Assembly (NCBI GenBank): GCA_951406725.2
Contig: OX597815.1
Coordinates: 74,028,001 to 74,092,000 of the forward strand
Origin: Octopus vulgaris
Lineage: Eukaryota
DNA length: 64,000 bases
Reading direction: 5' to 3'
The translations under genes and the position numbers were made by a program. Below, piece by piece: positions 48,801 through 62,338 of this stretch (position 1 is the first letter of the stretch; each line of letters begins with the position of its first letter). The notes beneath the pieces were generated by a model, which was given only the letters and a program-made list of their open reading frames with translations, did no database searches and was not told the DNA's origin.

Positions 48801-51800
48801 TATATGGTTATATGACAAGACACCTGTGTTTGTCCCTCTAAACACCTGGTGTAAAACCACCTCCTCCTCCTCAAATAATCTCTCTAACACACACATACTT
48901 AGTTGAGGGATTATTTTCCTCTTTTTTCCTGTTCTTTTTGTCTTGCAAGTTACTTGGCAGCACAAGAGAAGCATTCAGTACACACTATAAAGTGGTCAAC
49001 ATTAGGAGGGGCATCCAGCTATAGAAACCACACCAAAATTGACAGTGGGCTCATCAGAGTACTGCAGCTTGCCAGATCCTGTCAAATCCCCCGTGCCAAT
49101 AGGGAAAACAAATGTAAAAAGATGACACATACATGCACTTTAGCTTCTGTTTGCAGTCAAGTGTGAAAGCTTTTTTTTTTTTTGCACAGCAAAAGATAGT
49201 ACAAGATAATCTAGTTTCTCAAAACAAAATCAGTAACATCTATTTTAGAGAGAATTTCTCATTATGGTGTCAGAGAATAGTTACTGTTCACATTTTGTGA
49301 GAGGAAATGTTTTTAACTACAAAATATTTCCAACCAAGTCACAAGCATCATCATTCATCATTTAATGTTTGCTTTCCATGCTGGCATGGGTTGAACAGTT
49401 TCACTGGAACTGGTTAAGCTGGAGAACTGCACCAGGTTCCAGTCTGATTTGGCATGGTTTCTATGGCTGGACACCCTTCCTAACACCAACCACTCTGAAA
49501 GTGTAATGGGTGCTTTTTATGTGCCACCAGCACAGGCTCCATTTATATGACGCCAACAACAGCCACAACTATGATTTCATGGGTGCCGTTTACATGACAC
49601 TGGCAATGGGCCAGGACTATGATTTCAACCAAAATGCTTAAAATTTTTTAACATGTTCAACCAAGCAACAACAAAAAATACAATTCAGTTTGCCTACTTA
49701 CATGGATCCATCCAAAAGTAATGAGGTCATGAGAGTCTATGTAATCAAATAATTCTTCTTCTTTTAGTGTGGTACATGTGTCTGATGTCCCAGTTTGTTT
49801 AGGAACCAATACATGCGTGATATGGAAGTTGTTTTGACGCTGAAATCAGAATTTTATAGATTTAAATGAAAGCAATTGTATCTTTCAATGGAAATTTACT
49901 GACAGAGCTCCCCATCACCACTAACCTTACAATTAATACTGGGATTGGTAGTTTGCATCAGCTGAGCTCTCTGACACCAACTGTATCAACAAGAGTGTAC
50001 TCTAAATCTCAGTCATTTTCACAGCTTTCAATTTAATCCTTTTTGACTGTCATGAACAATGATCACCTACACGTTGTCCATCACACATCTGCTGTTGTAA
50101 AAACCCGTGTGGAAAATGGTAGTTGTACAACCCTAATAACTTCTACACATTTTCATTAAAGAGAGACACCACAAACATTGTCAACTGTGGCCAACTTCAT
50201 TTCGTATAATAGTGCAAAAAGAAACTGTTATAAACAACTGCCCTACTCATCAACAATGCACAGTTGAGATCATTCCAGTCTGTACAAAATCTGGAACCCT
50301 ACAATATCCTCTTATAGTAATCCTACATTAATTCTATAGCCAGGAGCTGATGAAGGCTGGGTTTCTTATTAAAAGAATTGAAAATACTTCAGCTCTAAAC
50401 AGCAACTAACCCTTAATAAAATACAAATATATCCAAAACTCAAATGTTTTACACATGAAGAATGATGCATGCACCATTTACATTCATTTTATACAGCATT
50501 CATATAAAAAGCTCAATAAACACTGATTTATTGCCAAGAAGTCAGCATCTTCTATTGTGAGGGGAAATATCTTGCTTGGAAACAAAGGTTGGTGACAAAG
50601 CGCATCTGGCTGTAGAAAAATCTGCCTCAACAAATCCTACCTAACTTAGGTCAATATGAAAGAGTGGATCTTACAATGTTGATGATGCATCATGGTAAGC
50701 AACATTTTAAAAGGAACCCAACTTCCAAATTCAAACTTTGTTATTTTAACATCCACTTTTCCATGTTTGCAGGAGTCATAAGGAATTTGTTGAGGCAGAT
50801 TTTCTACAAACAGTTGATAACAATCACTGGTTTTGAAGCAAGGTAATATTTTCCGTGATCTGATATGTTTTTCATGAAAGACTGAAACCAAACAACACTG
50901 CTTGTATGATGGTGATGCTTGCTTACAACCATCTCACAATGTTAAGACAAGGGTACACACACATACAATCAAACATATACAATGGGCTTCTTTTGGTTTC
51001 AGTCTATCAAATCCACTCAAAAGACATTTGCCCAAAGTGCCACACACTGGGATTGAACCAGAGACCACATGGTGAGGGAGAAAGCATCTTAACCATGCAA
51101 CCATGCCAGTCAAAATATATGTAATATATATAGATATATAAACACACACATACTCACACACACCAGATTTGTAAACGAAATCTGCCTGCAAGGCTTTGGT
51201 CAGCCTGTGGCTACAGCAGGAGACATTTGGTTAAATTCAAAAGCATGTGTAAGGAAACAAACTTCTTAACCATACAGCTATTTGATGGAATTAAACTCAC
51301 CAATTTCCCAGCTAAAATGCCACAAGTTTCTATATTAGCTGCAGTGTTTGCCCTAGCAATTTCCAAAAACTTCTCTGACAACTGAGAAGGTACCATCATA
51401 GTTCGGAGGCCATAAATACTACTGTCAGTGGATCCTATGCTTGTTAAATGATTGACGCTGGGTTTTGTGCTTCGGTCTACAGAAGGTGGAGTAGTAGGAC
51501 TGAGAAAGTATAAAAAGAAAATAGAATTAAATATACATATTGAAATTACTTTGCGAGGTGATGCTGACAAGATCTACAGGAAAAAAAAGAAAAAAATCAT
51601 GGAATGAGACAAGCAAAGATTGTGAAAGTTATAAGGTAAGGAGCATATGAGAGAAAATAGATGGAATGTAGAAGAGGAAATTAAGAAAACATTGGTAATC
51701 TACATAAACACTTTAGTTTTTGTCAAGTCCTTATCTTTCAACATAAACAAGCTTCAATGTGGCTATCTGTCCTAGCTACAAATGATTCCTCAAATCACTC

Positions 51801-53547
51801 TACTATATAGGAAAAAAGTAAGAATAATTTCAACAAATAATCCAAAATATACAAAAAATGACCAGAGAGTCATGACTAGAACATCTCTATTCATAAATCT
51901 ATTCACTCAAAGCTGATCTGAAGCAAAACAAACACCAACTATAGAAAAAGAAATAATTATTCTTCTAATCAACTGTTTGTGTCTAATATATCAACTATGA
52001 AAAAAAAACTTTATTGCTTTCTTCATCAATAAAGTTTCAAAATACATCTTTAATTATTTTCAGATCATATAATTAAATATATAGAAACAATTCACATAGA
52101 ACTAGGTATTCAATTAGCAGCCTGAGATCTGAAAAGCCTTTCCAAAATGAATGGAATATATTACAGAAGAGAATTTGACCAGGAGTTTTTGCTAGTTCCA
52201 CAGAAAATTCTTTCAGCAAAATAAAATATACTGACTAAACAAGAAATAATTTTTGTTTATTAAAAAAGAATGAAAATGCACAGTATGCCAGAGATTACAT
52301 CTGACACTACTGCAAACTTAGATATAGTAGTGTGTTTCCCAACCAAATGGTTTTAGGTCTAATCCTACCGCATAGTACCTTAAGTATTTAGTCCTGAGCC
52401 AATTAAGGCCTTGTGAATAGATTCATAGATGGAAACTGAAAGATCACTATGTATGTAAATGTATGTTTATGTGTGTGTGTAAGTGCCTCCTTATCTTGGC
52501 ATTGCACAATAGTTGTAAATGAGCATCACTTTCATACAAGTGCAGTCCCTTGTTCCCATATGGAAAGTATTATCTTGCTTGGAAACAAATGAAACCTTAA
52601 ATTGTCTGAACCAATGCAAGCATGAAAAAAGTGGATATTAAAATGACAATGATGATACTTTAACATAGCATCAAATGGAGTCAACAGTACTGACAAAACA
52701 CCACCCCTAAAAACTACTGGCTTTCTGTCTAACTGGAAACCATTATTATCATTATTGTGGCAAGCTGGCAAAATCATTAGCATGCCAGACAAAATGCGTA
52801 ACATTTCTTCCAGCTCTTTAGGGTCTGGACTCAAATCCCACCAAGGCCAACTTTGCTTTCATCTTTGTGGGGTAGATAAAATTAGTGCTAGTTGGACCAC
52901 TATAATTGACTAGTCCCTTCCCACAAAATTTCAGGCTATGTGCCTATAATAGGCAGGGTTATTATTCAAACTTCACAAAGGTCAACTTTGCTTTCACCCA
53001 GAAAGGATGAAAGCAAAGTAGCCATAGAGTGTGGGAGTTCAGAGTAATCAACTTGCTCCTCACCTTGTACCTAAATCAGAAATCATTATTACTATAAAAC
53101 TGAATATCCCAGATAATACCATTGCATTGAGGATGAGTCCTATAGCCATTTAATACACATATTTACTACAACCTTTTTTTTTCATATTATTATACATTAC
53201 TAAGAAGCAAATAGTTTTTTCATGCATCTATGGTCTGACCAAATTGGAGATGCATAGCAATGTCATTTTAACAGTAATATATAATAATTATCATTGCTGT
53301 TTTCATGTCGACTTTTCCATGCTTCTAGGACACAAACGAAATTTGTTGAGACAGATTTCCTATAATTCAATGCCCTTCCTGTTGCCAATCTTCATTTGTT
53401 TCTATGCAAAGCAATATTTCATTATAACCAGACACGTTTACAAGACTGGAAATGAACAACTGACAGAGCTGGCATGAAAGTGACACTTGTTTATAACTAA
53501 CACATGTCAATACAAGGATGTACACACACACATACATATATATATCA

Positions 53548-53612
<65 letters not shown>

Positions 53613-55638
53613 GGAGGGGAGAGAGAGAGCAACTTTCAGTTTCGATCTACCTAATCCATTCACAAAGCTTTGGTTGGCTGAGGGCTACAGTAGAAAATAC
53701 TTGCCATTGTGCCATACAGTGGGACTGAACTTCTCAACCATGTGGCTGGGAAGCAAGCTGCATAACCACAAGCCATGCCTGCACTAGTTACGAAAGAAAT
53801 TTGTATATACAGTAAGTATATGTGCTTTAAACAGCTATCATGACCACCACTACAGCACAATTGTTTTGCTTTCAACACGTGGTCAAGTACAATTGAAAAA
53901 TTTCTAATATGATACATTTTGAGAATCTAAACACACTTTAACCTTCATGTACCTAAAGCTGATAAAATAAGTATCAATCATGTTCTGGAGTTTTTACAAC
54001 TAATTGCACATCACCTTACTTACAAACATGTGATCATTATCATTATCAACATTTTAATGTTCCCTTTTCAATCCTTGCATGGGTCAGATGGAATTCATGA
54101 AGGCAGATTTTGTCAAGCCAAAAGCTCTTCCTGTTTTTTACCTCTAATCTATTTTCAAGTAAGGTAATGTTTCTCTGTAGTCAGACATGCCTTCATGGTA
54201 GATTGGAAACCAACAACACTGATTGTGAGTGATACTTGTTTTACAACTGTCATGCAATGTCAAGACAACACATGAATATATGTGTGTGATGGGCTTCTTT
54301 CAGTTTTCGTTCACCAAATACACTCACAAAGCTTTAGTCAGCCTACAACTACAGTTGCTCAAAAAACTGCAGTGAACTGAACCTGAGAACATGTGGTTGA
54401 AAAGCAAACTTTTCAAACACATAGCTGTACCTGTGCCTTGTGCCAATTTGAAAAATCATATAATTTATAGCACAAATGTTAGGTATTAGCAGGCCCAAAA
54501 TATACCTACAAAATATGTTGACTTAAAATTTACATTCTTCCTTCTATGGAGTCAAAAAGAGATCTAAACTGCATTAAACATTGGAACTATTATCAAATTC
54601 AGCAACCAGAATAGAGACAACCAAAATATTTAAATATTTAAAAGACAAGGAAAGGATAAATATTAGAAGGGTTTTGACTAGGAGAGGTAATCCATTAGAC
54701 AGTGTCTACACATTAGTTTCTACCTGGAAGCGTTGCTAGAGTTTGCATCAAGATTCTTCTTCAAATCCCGAGGTGGCACTGATGGTTTAACAGTAGATGG
54801 TCTACTGGTTTCTGTTGAATTACAGAATGGGGCAAGCTCCTCTGGTCCAGCTAAACAAGATTCAGGTCCTAAATCTACAAGTGGACCTAAAGATAAATTT
54901 TCTGAGTCTTTGTGAACGTTTTTAAGAAGCTGTATTTCATCATTTCTATACCGTTCTTCTTGAGCTCGTAACCAACGTTCTTCAGCTTCTTGTTTCAGTT
55001 TATCAGCTTGTGCTTGTTCTTCAATACGCTGCTTCTCTTTGATCTCCTCCAGTCGTCTTTTTTCTTCTGCAAGTTCTGCTTGGCGTTTTTTCTGTCAGAG
55101 TAAAAATTAATATTTAAAAATTATTAAAATTATTAAAAAATAATGCAATATCCAATATTTACAAAGTTTTATGGATGAATGAATATAGACAGACAGTCAG
55201 ATAAAGATAGACAGATATACACATACATATATACATTAGTTGTTTGGATAATCAGTTTGCGATCATAATGCAATGGGTTCAGTTCATGGACTAGGCAACA
55301 TGTATCCTTGAGCAAGGCACTTCATTTCATGTTACTCCAGTCTACTCAGCTGAAAATGAGCACCAGCTGAGAGCTGGTACAGCTCTCTCTCTCTATCTCT
55401 CACTCTAGATATCATACACTGGAAATGCCACTGGGTTAAAGGGTGGGAGAATCAAGAGGGTGTCTGTCTGTTTGTGACTACATAAAACAATTAACCAGAG
55501 CATGGTACAGTTTACCAAGCCAGACTTGTTTGCAGGTAATGACTGGTTATATATATATATATATATATATATCAAATGTGAGGATAAAATTCTTTTCGAA
55601 AAAAAAATATTTTCTCGAAAAAAATTTTAACAATGGTC

Positions 55639-55688
<50 letters not shown>

Positions 55689-58600
55689 TATTCATACACA
55701 CACACACAAGGATAAGTCATTAGAGCATAGAAAAAAATGCAATGCCATTCATTTCTAATCTTTCATGGAAACATGTCCAGTCATAAGTTAATACTACCTT
55801 GCTTGGAAACAAGTGAGGGTTGGTGAAGGAAAGGACATGTGGCCATAGAAAACTTGCTTCAAAGAATTTTGTCCAACCCATGCAAGCATAGAAAAGTGGA
55901 TGTTAAATGATGATGTTTATGACTAAGCGAAATGATGCAATTTAATACTAACCTCAGCTATTACCCGTTTGTTTTCTTCAACAACATATTGTTCTGTTAG
56001 GTTTTTCTTCAATTTCTCAGCAATTGGAAATACTAGTTTTAATTTCTATAAAACATATAAAGTAATAAACCAAATATTAACAAAAAGTCACACATTAGCT
56101 TCATGGCAAGTTATAGATTACAAAAGGTTTAACAGTTAAACTAATTATTGTTATCTGAGGAAAAAAAAGGACTGTAGAATATACCAAGGGACACACACAC
56201 TGCATGAAAATCAAATGGTAAAGTTAGTGCTGACAGTCATTGTATAATGAACCTTCATATATAAAGGTTTGTATGGACATATATAGTTGGAATTTACAAA
56301 AAAACAAAAGACGAAGACAGGTGTGTAAACAGCAAACAGATGTATTAGTTTAATGCACAGGAAGTGAGGAAGTCGTTAATGTTTCAAGCTTACGCTCTTC
56401 AACAGGAAGGAACACAGAGAGAGAAAATAGAAAAAGTTTAGTGGCTAGCGATCAATCATGGTGAATGCCGGACAGAGGTGGTCAGACAGGAGAGCAAGGA
56501 AGAAGGGGAGATCCCAAAACGAAGGCATGCGTGCATATGTAAGAGCGTGTATATGCATGTGGATAGGGGTTGGTGACCTTGACATGTGCATGCGTGCATG
56601 TGTTTGTGTGTGGATGATGGTATGGGTGCTGGGAAGTGGTCAGTGCTAGTCTGTGCGGGGTGGTGGTGTGTGGTGGTATTAGGGTGTGGGGAGGCGATGC
56701 TGGAGGAAAAATAAGGGTGGGTGTGGGTAGGGTAGGGGTGGGTATGTGAGACTGTGGAGTGGGGTATGTGGGAATGGAATGTTTGGGATGCAGTGGGATG
56801 GGATGTATAGGGATGGTGGGGTGGGAATGTGTAGCGTGGGGTAACAATGGAGGGGTGATGATGAAGGGAGAGGATGGAAGGGAGAAGGTGGGTAGGAGTG
56901 AAGGGAGGAAATAGGTGTGAGTGGAAGAGAGGAAAGAGGAGGGGGGATTAGATGAAGAGGTGGTGCAAAGGAGCAAAGAGAGAAGATTAATTGCTGTTCA
57001 CGGCGAAAACGGGAGTCCAGATGGCCCCTGTGCAAGGACAATCCAAGTACAGAGAGGTGTTGTAAAGAATGACCGATAGAGCAGAAATGGCACGAGGCCG
57101 GGGTGTCATTGCCAAGTGATGTCTCAGAGGTGTTCCATGAACCGGTCAGCCAAACGGCGTCCTGTTTAACCAATGTATAGAAAGAACAGAGAGAGCAGGA
57201 GATGCAGTAGGTGACGTTGCTAGAAGTGCAGGTGAAGGAGTCAGTGATATGATAGGGTTGATGATGGGTGCTGGTAAGAATGATGTTGGAGAGGTAAGGG
57301 CAAGTGCGGCAGTGTGGACAGGAGTAGGGGAACGAGCTGGGTTAGGGAAGAAACTGTGGACCAGGGAGGGATGGAAGATGAGGGGAAACGGGAGATAGGT
57401 GACGGCAGGGCTAGTGCAGGAGGAGAGAGCAGATGCACAGTCCATGGAGCATGCTCTGGCAATATATATATATATATGTATGTATCTATATGTGTATATA
57501 TATGTATATATGTGTATATATGTGTGTGTGTGTGTGCGTGTGTGTATATGTGCGTGTGTATATATGTGTGTGTATATATGTGTGTGCGTGTGTATATATG
57601 TGTGTGCGTGTGTATATATGTGTGTGCGTGTGTATACATGTGCGTGTGTATATATGTGTGTGTGTGTATTTATGTGTGTGTGTGTGTGTATGTATATGTG
57701 TGTGTGTATATATGTGTGTGTGTGTATTTATATGTGTGTGTGTGTGTGTGTATGTGTGTATATATATATATATATGAAAGTATCTGCAACATCTATATTC
57801 TAGTTTTAATAAAAATACTAGAATGTAGATGATGTAAGTACCTTCATTCTAAGCCTATGGGATCATACTTAGATCAGAAACAAAAAAACAAGATTTGTAC
57901 AGATTAATTATAGCTTGCAGATTTAGAGATTAGGATTTGAAAAACACCATAGGGAAGAAAGTAACTTTTCCTAAGTTAGCCTTCACCGAACAAACTTATG
58001 ACCCTGTCACCTTCTTATATACCTAAGAATATATTTTCTGATATGTAAAACGTGTGATTTGGTTGCTATTTCTAGCAACTCAAGCAACCACTGGAGCTCC
58101 TCCATTTTCTAGTGGTAGTCCTCAATGTAGTGAGAAAAAGAAAATGTAAGATTTTTTATCTACATACCTTTTTATTATCAGCAACAACAGCAGCTTCTGA
58201 ACTTTTATATAAAGGATGTGCTGGCAGCTTCTCCACAAATAACCTGAAGTTAAAAGTAGAAAACAAATTAAAATACTGTGGCAATATTAACTTATAATTG
58301 TTAAGAGAAAATGCTGAAAAAACGAAGGAGAATGTCAGTTATTCTAAGATTATCTTATCTGCTCATCTGTTTGGAGTCAGTCTCAGAAGACTTTACCCAA
58401 CAAGTTATTGGTTAAAATTTATCTTACTTCAAGTAATTTTTTAAATAGCAATTCATATTAAAATTAATGGTGGAATTGACACAGTGAAAGGCAAAAGTGA
58501 CTTGTAGTTAGTTCACAACTCTTTATGTTCTCAATTCAAATTTTACCTTTCATCATTCCTAGTGAAAAGTAAAGTTGAAAATAATATATAAATGCATCAC

Positions 58601-59977
58601 TCAAATACTGGAGATGGTTTAATTGATTTTGCCCTTGTTAAAAATGTATTCATCATCATTTTAATGTCTACTTTTCATGTTCACATGGCTCAGACAGAGT
58701 TTATTGATTTTCAAGAGCCAGGCACCCTGCTTGTCACTAACCCTCAATTGTTTCCAAGCAGGATAATATTTCCCTCGATGGCCAGAAATATTTTTGAACA
58801 CTATAGGAAATGAATGACAGTGACACTCATTCATATCTATTACGCAATGTCAAGGCAAGGACAAAAACACACACTAGGATTCTTTTCAGTTTCTATCTAT
58901 CAAACAAACTTACAGGGCTTCGGTCAGCCCAGAACTGTAGTAGACATTTACCCAATTGTTAGAAAAATCTGATCTTTTCCACACACATTACATGGCCACT
59001 AATATGGACATATGATACATATGAAGGACAAGGGGGAAAAAGTGCCAGGAGATCCAAATGGAAGAAAACTGCAGAACAGGAAGACCAAGGGAAACGTAGG
59101 AAAAAGTGGTAAAATCTGAGCTTGGGATACTAAACCTCACAAAGCAGATAACAAAAGAATGCAAACAAATGATAAAACACTGCATTGGAAAGAACCCATC
59201 AAACACATGCAAACATGGAAAAGCAGATGTAACAATAATGGTGATGAATGTAATGCTCCTTTCTGGATGAGATCTAGGACGTCTGTATGCAGCAATAGCA
59301 CATCCCAGAGGTTTTATTCTTTTACTTGTTTCAGTCATTTGACTGCAGCCATGCTGGAGTACTGCCTTAAAGGATTTTAGTCAAAGAAATCACCCCAGGA
59401 CTTATTCTTTGTAAACCTAATACTTATTCTATCAGTTTCTTCTGGCGGACCACTAAGTTACGGGACATAAATGTCGGTTGTCAAGCGATGGTGGGATGAT
59501 AAAGACAGATACACACATAAATGTGTATATATATATATATATGTATATATATATACACACACAACATGCTTCTTTCAGTTTCCGTCTACTAAATCCACTC
59601 ACAAAGCTTTGGTCAGCCCAAGGCTATAGAAGACACTTGCCCAAGGTTATATAAGAAAAAAGTTTTAAAAGAAAAATGAAAAGAAAAAAATTATTTTGAA
59701 AGTGAAATGTTAAAATTTGACAAATATTTCAAAAATAATAGAAGCAGACAAAGAGAATCTTTAGAAATATGTAAACTTACGTTATAAACTTTGAATAAAG
59801 TATAAAGGCTGGTTCTAAATTCCCTTCTTCGTGATAAACAGCAGCCATTCGTAACATTTCCAAACCAGATCGGAAATACTGCTTTGGTGCAACTGATTTA
59901 TCAATTGTAACTTGAGATCCAAACTCACAAAGAGCTCGTGTACGAGCATGCGGATCATGGATGTTTTCAAACATCAT
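45797..59977 (-). CDS. STAMBP: STAM-binding protein / AMSH-type JAMM/MPN+ deubiquitinase, 9 coding exons, 450 aa
   Basis: MIT-like N-terminus ([40 protein letters not shown]), SH3-binding motif PSVDRSTKP, catalytic ETCGILAG and JAMM motif [21 protein letters not shown]. 1353 nt in frame. Confidence 0.96.
47602..47704 (-). CDS. STAMBP: STAMBP coding exon 8
   Basis: [34 protein letters not shown]|gtaagt. Confidence 0.95.
48606..48718 (-). CDS. STAMBP: STAMBP coding exon 7 (JAMM core)
   Basis: [37 protein letters not shown]. Confidence 0.97.
49702..49839 (-). CDS. STAMBP: STAMBP coding exon 6
   Basis: [46 protein letters not shown]|gtaagt. Confidence 0.96.
50030..50362 (+). mobile_element. 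Highly decayed Penelope-like 3' end
   Basis: Fragments resembling a PLE endonuclease C-terminus ([26 protein letters not shown]), followed by CTGATGAAGGCTGG, whose TGATGAAGGCTGG matches the centre of the 9553-9768 element. Confidence 0.45.
51301..51499 (-). CDS. STAMBP: STAMBP coding exon 5
   Basis: [13 protein letters not shown]...GLRTMMVP...[12 protein letters not shown]|gtgagt. Confidence 0.95.
54724..55091 (-). CDS. STAMBP: STAMBP coding exon 4 (coiled coil + linker)
   Basis: [26 protein letters not shown]...[20 protein letters not shown]; open frame, phase fits. Confidence 0.88.
55953..56045 (-). CDS. STAMBP: STAMBP coding exon 3
   Basis: [31 protein letters not shown]|gttagt. Confidence 0.92.
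56284..57440 (-). mobile_element. 5'-truncated Penelope-like retroelement (Neptune-type): Cys cluster + GIY-YIG endonuclease remnant + 3' repeat
   Basis: Minus-strand translation across frameshifts: [77 protein letters not shown]. Confidence 0.85.
57462..57775. repeat. Long (TA/TG)n microsatellite next to the PLE 5' truncation
   Basis: Directly visible. Confidence 0.95.
58168..58243 (-). CDS. STAMBP: STAMBP coding exon 2
   Basis: [25 protein letters not shown]|gtatgt. Confidence 0.93.
59781..59977 (-). CDS. STAMBP: STAMBP first coding exon (acceptor at 59989, so an untranslated exon lies upstream)
   Basis: tttactag|ctcacatattacATG; [21 protein letters not shown]...SKFIT|gtaagt. Confidence 0.93.
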
Positions 59978-60794
59978 GTAATATGTGAGCTAGTAAACAG
60001 AAAAGAAAAACATGTATAAGCAATAATAATAATAGTTTCAAACAATTTACGTGGGTGGAGGAAAGTTGATTATATCAACCTCAGTGATTGACTGATACTT
60101 AATTTTTTTAACCCCAAAAAGGATGAAAGACACAAATGACATAAGCTGGATTTGACTTCAGAAAGTAAAGAACCAGAAGAAATGTCACTAAGCATAATAA
60201 CATAAAAACCTGAATAACTTATTTATTAAAACAATATTAATCGCATAACTCTAATTTCTACTTTTATCATAACATTTCACAACCTCATGTAGCTCTTATA
60301 ATCTTTTCTATATTAAAACATTTCAGTAATGAGCTATTTTATGAAATGTAGAAGTTATAACTTTTATTCTCCTGTTAAGATTTAACAAAGTGATGGTTTC
60401 TGGTTTTCAATATATATAATACATATTAAAAATGGATAAGACAGCTGAGTTGTTATGGACTAAAGATTACAATTTCAATCCATTTGGTTTGAGTTCACTT
60501 TTATTTAATTCAGTCAACTTTCACTCTTCCTCTAAGTGAAGTGGTTGGTGAATATATAATACAAAATCCAACAATAACACTTCAATATTTTATGCCAAGC
60601 TATGCAGTAAGAGAATAATAGAAGTAAGGAAAATGTATTGTAAATCTTAACTTTGCTGTTTTACATCCATTTTCTATGCTAGCATTGGATTGATAGAAAG
60701 GTTTTTATTGAAGTTGTACAGTGAATGCATTCATGAAACTGAATTTGTTGATGTGCATCCACACAAAGGAGCCCATATGATGTGGACATTTAGA

Positions 60795-60935
60795 CAAGTG
60801 AGTCTATACTCATACAAGTGTATCTGAAATATGTGCATTTATACAAATAAGTCTGTATGATATATATGCTCATACAAGTGACTCTGAATATTATATGCTT
60901 CCATGTAAGCAAATTTGTATGATATGTGCATGCAT
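60795..60935. repeat. Diverged ~60-bp tandem duplication
   Basis: ctcatacaagtg..ctgaa..atatg..tgtatgatat occurs twice. Confidence 0.6.
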
Positions 60936-62295
60936 ACATTATTTCATTCTTGATATTATATGCTTTTTTATGAGAGCTAAACTGGGAAGTAAGTTACTAA
61001 CATTTACTGCAGAAAGTTTTCTATGTAAAAACTGCAGCTATAAAAGACCATTCATTGCTTTAGTTGTTCCAATGCATAACTGGAATTGTAGTCATGTCAC
61101 CATAGAGCTAGTCGCTGCAATAGTTCACTATATAGTAATACCTGAAGTGGTGTCACTATCAAGCTGCTGCTCTCCTATCACTATCTAAGCTACTAGTAAA
61201 AGCCAATAACTTGGTTGTTTGATAAAGTCAGTATAGCTGAGATGTTAGTAAAAGCCTGCCTATCACTGCAGCACTAGTACTGCATAGTCGATCTGTTGTC
61301 TGTGCTGCTACTAATATGACATCTAGTGACTAGGTATGCCTCTTAATATAACCTGACACTAAACACCGATTGGTCATTAAAAATGTAGAGCTGCTTCTGT
61401 AGTTGTCATCAAATAGGTATACTCACAGATTTATTCAAGACCTTTAAATTAAATCCACAAGTGCATACTATTATCACTGTCATGTCATGAATACAGTATT
61501 CATTCTTGATGACTGTAGTAAGACAGTTCCTGTCTTACTACAATTTAACTTTACAATTATATATGGCTCTTTAAATAAAATATTTAATGAAAATCTGTAA
61601 TTAATAAACTTAATCAAAATTTGCAACACTCTGAACAGATTAAAAAAAGAAATCTGATCAATAATTTCAATTTTAATAAAAATGCTAACCTAATATCAGA
61701 ATCAATAACAAAGCTTAATTAGACAAATTTAGATAAATTTTAGCTTTTTTATACCAACTTCCCCAAGACTGCCCTTAATTCTGATACAAACACCGTTTTA
61801 AAGGAATTCAAATTAAAATCTTCCATCAGAATTTCATGCTGATTTATGTTCCAAACAGCTGTATAATAACAGCAAAGTATTTTAATGAATTCTATGTTAT
61901 TTCCTAAACTAATTCAAACAAAGACTGTGTATTTCAACAGAAACATGGTAAACTGTCAATATAAAATAAGTGCAGAATGAAACCAGTATATTCTCATTTA
62001 AACAACTCAAATTTAACACATTTCCACTTCATATCTTCTCAAAATTACTTTTCAATTTAGTGACGCAGTTTTAATGAAATGTGAGAATATATCAAAAATA
62101 AATACCAATTATACATCAAGTCTTTTCACAAGACACTTATCTGGTGTTATAGTTGAGACTGATAATTTAAGCTTACACCTTTTAACTGTATAATTTGATA
62201 AGATTCTTTGATATAAATAGGGTAGAGAAATACAGATCTATATGTCACAGATACATAAAAGCTAAGTCTTCCCATACATTATTAAAATGACTTGA

Positions 62296-62338
<43 letters not shown>

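Noticed and set aside
56482-56976. 164-aa Pro/His/Thr-rich ORF
   Set aside because: It is the low-complexity C-rich spacer of the PLE remnant, with no coding hallmarks.
57241-57832. Several 110-170 aa ORFs rich in Y/I/C/V/H/T
   Set aside because: These are translations of a (TA/TG)n microsatellite, not genes.
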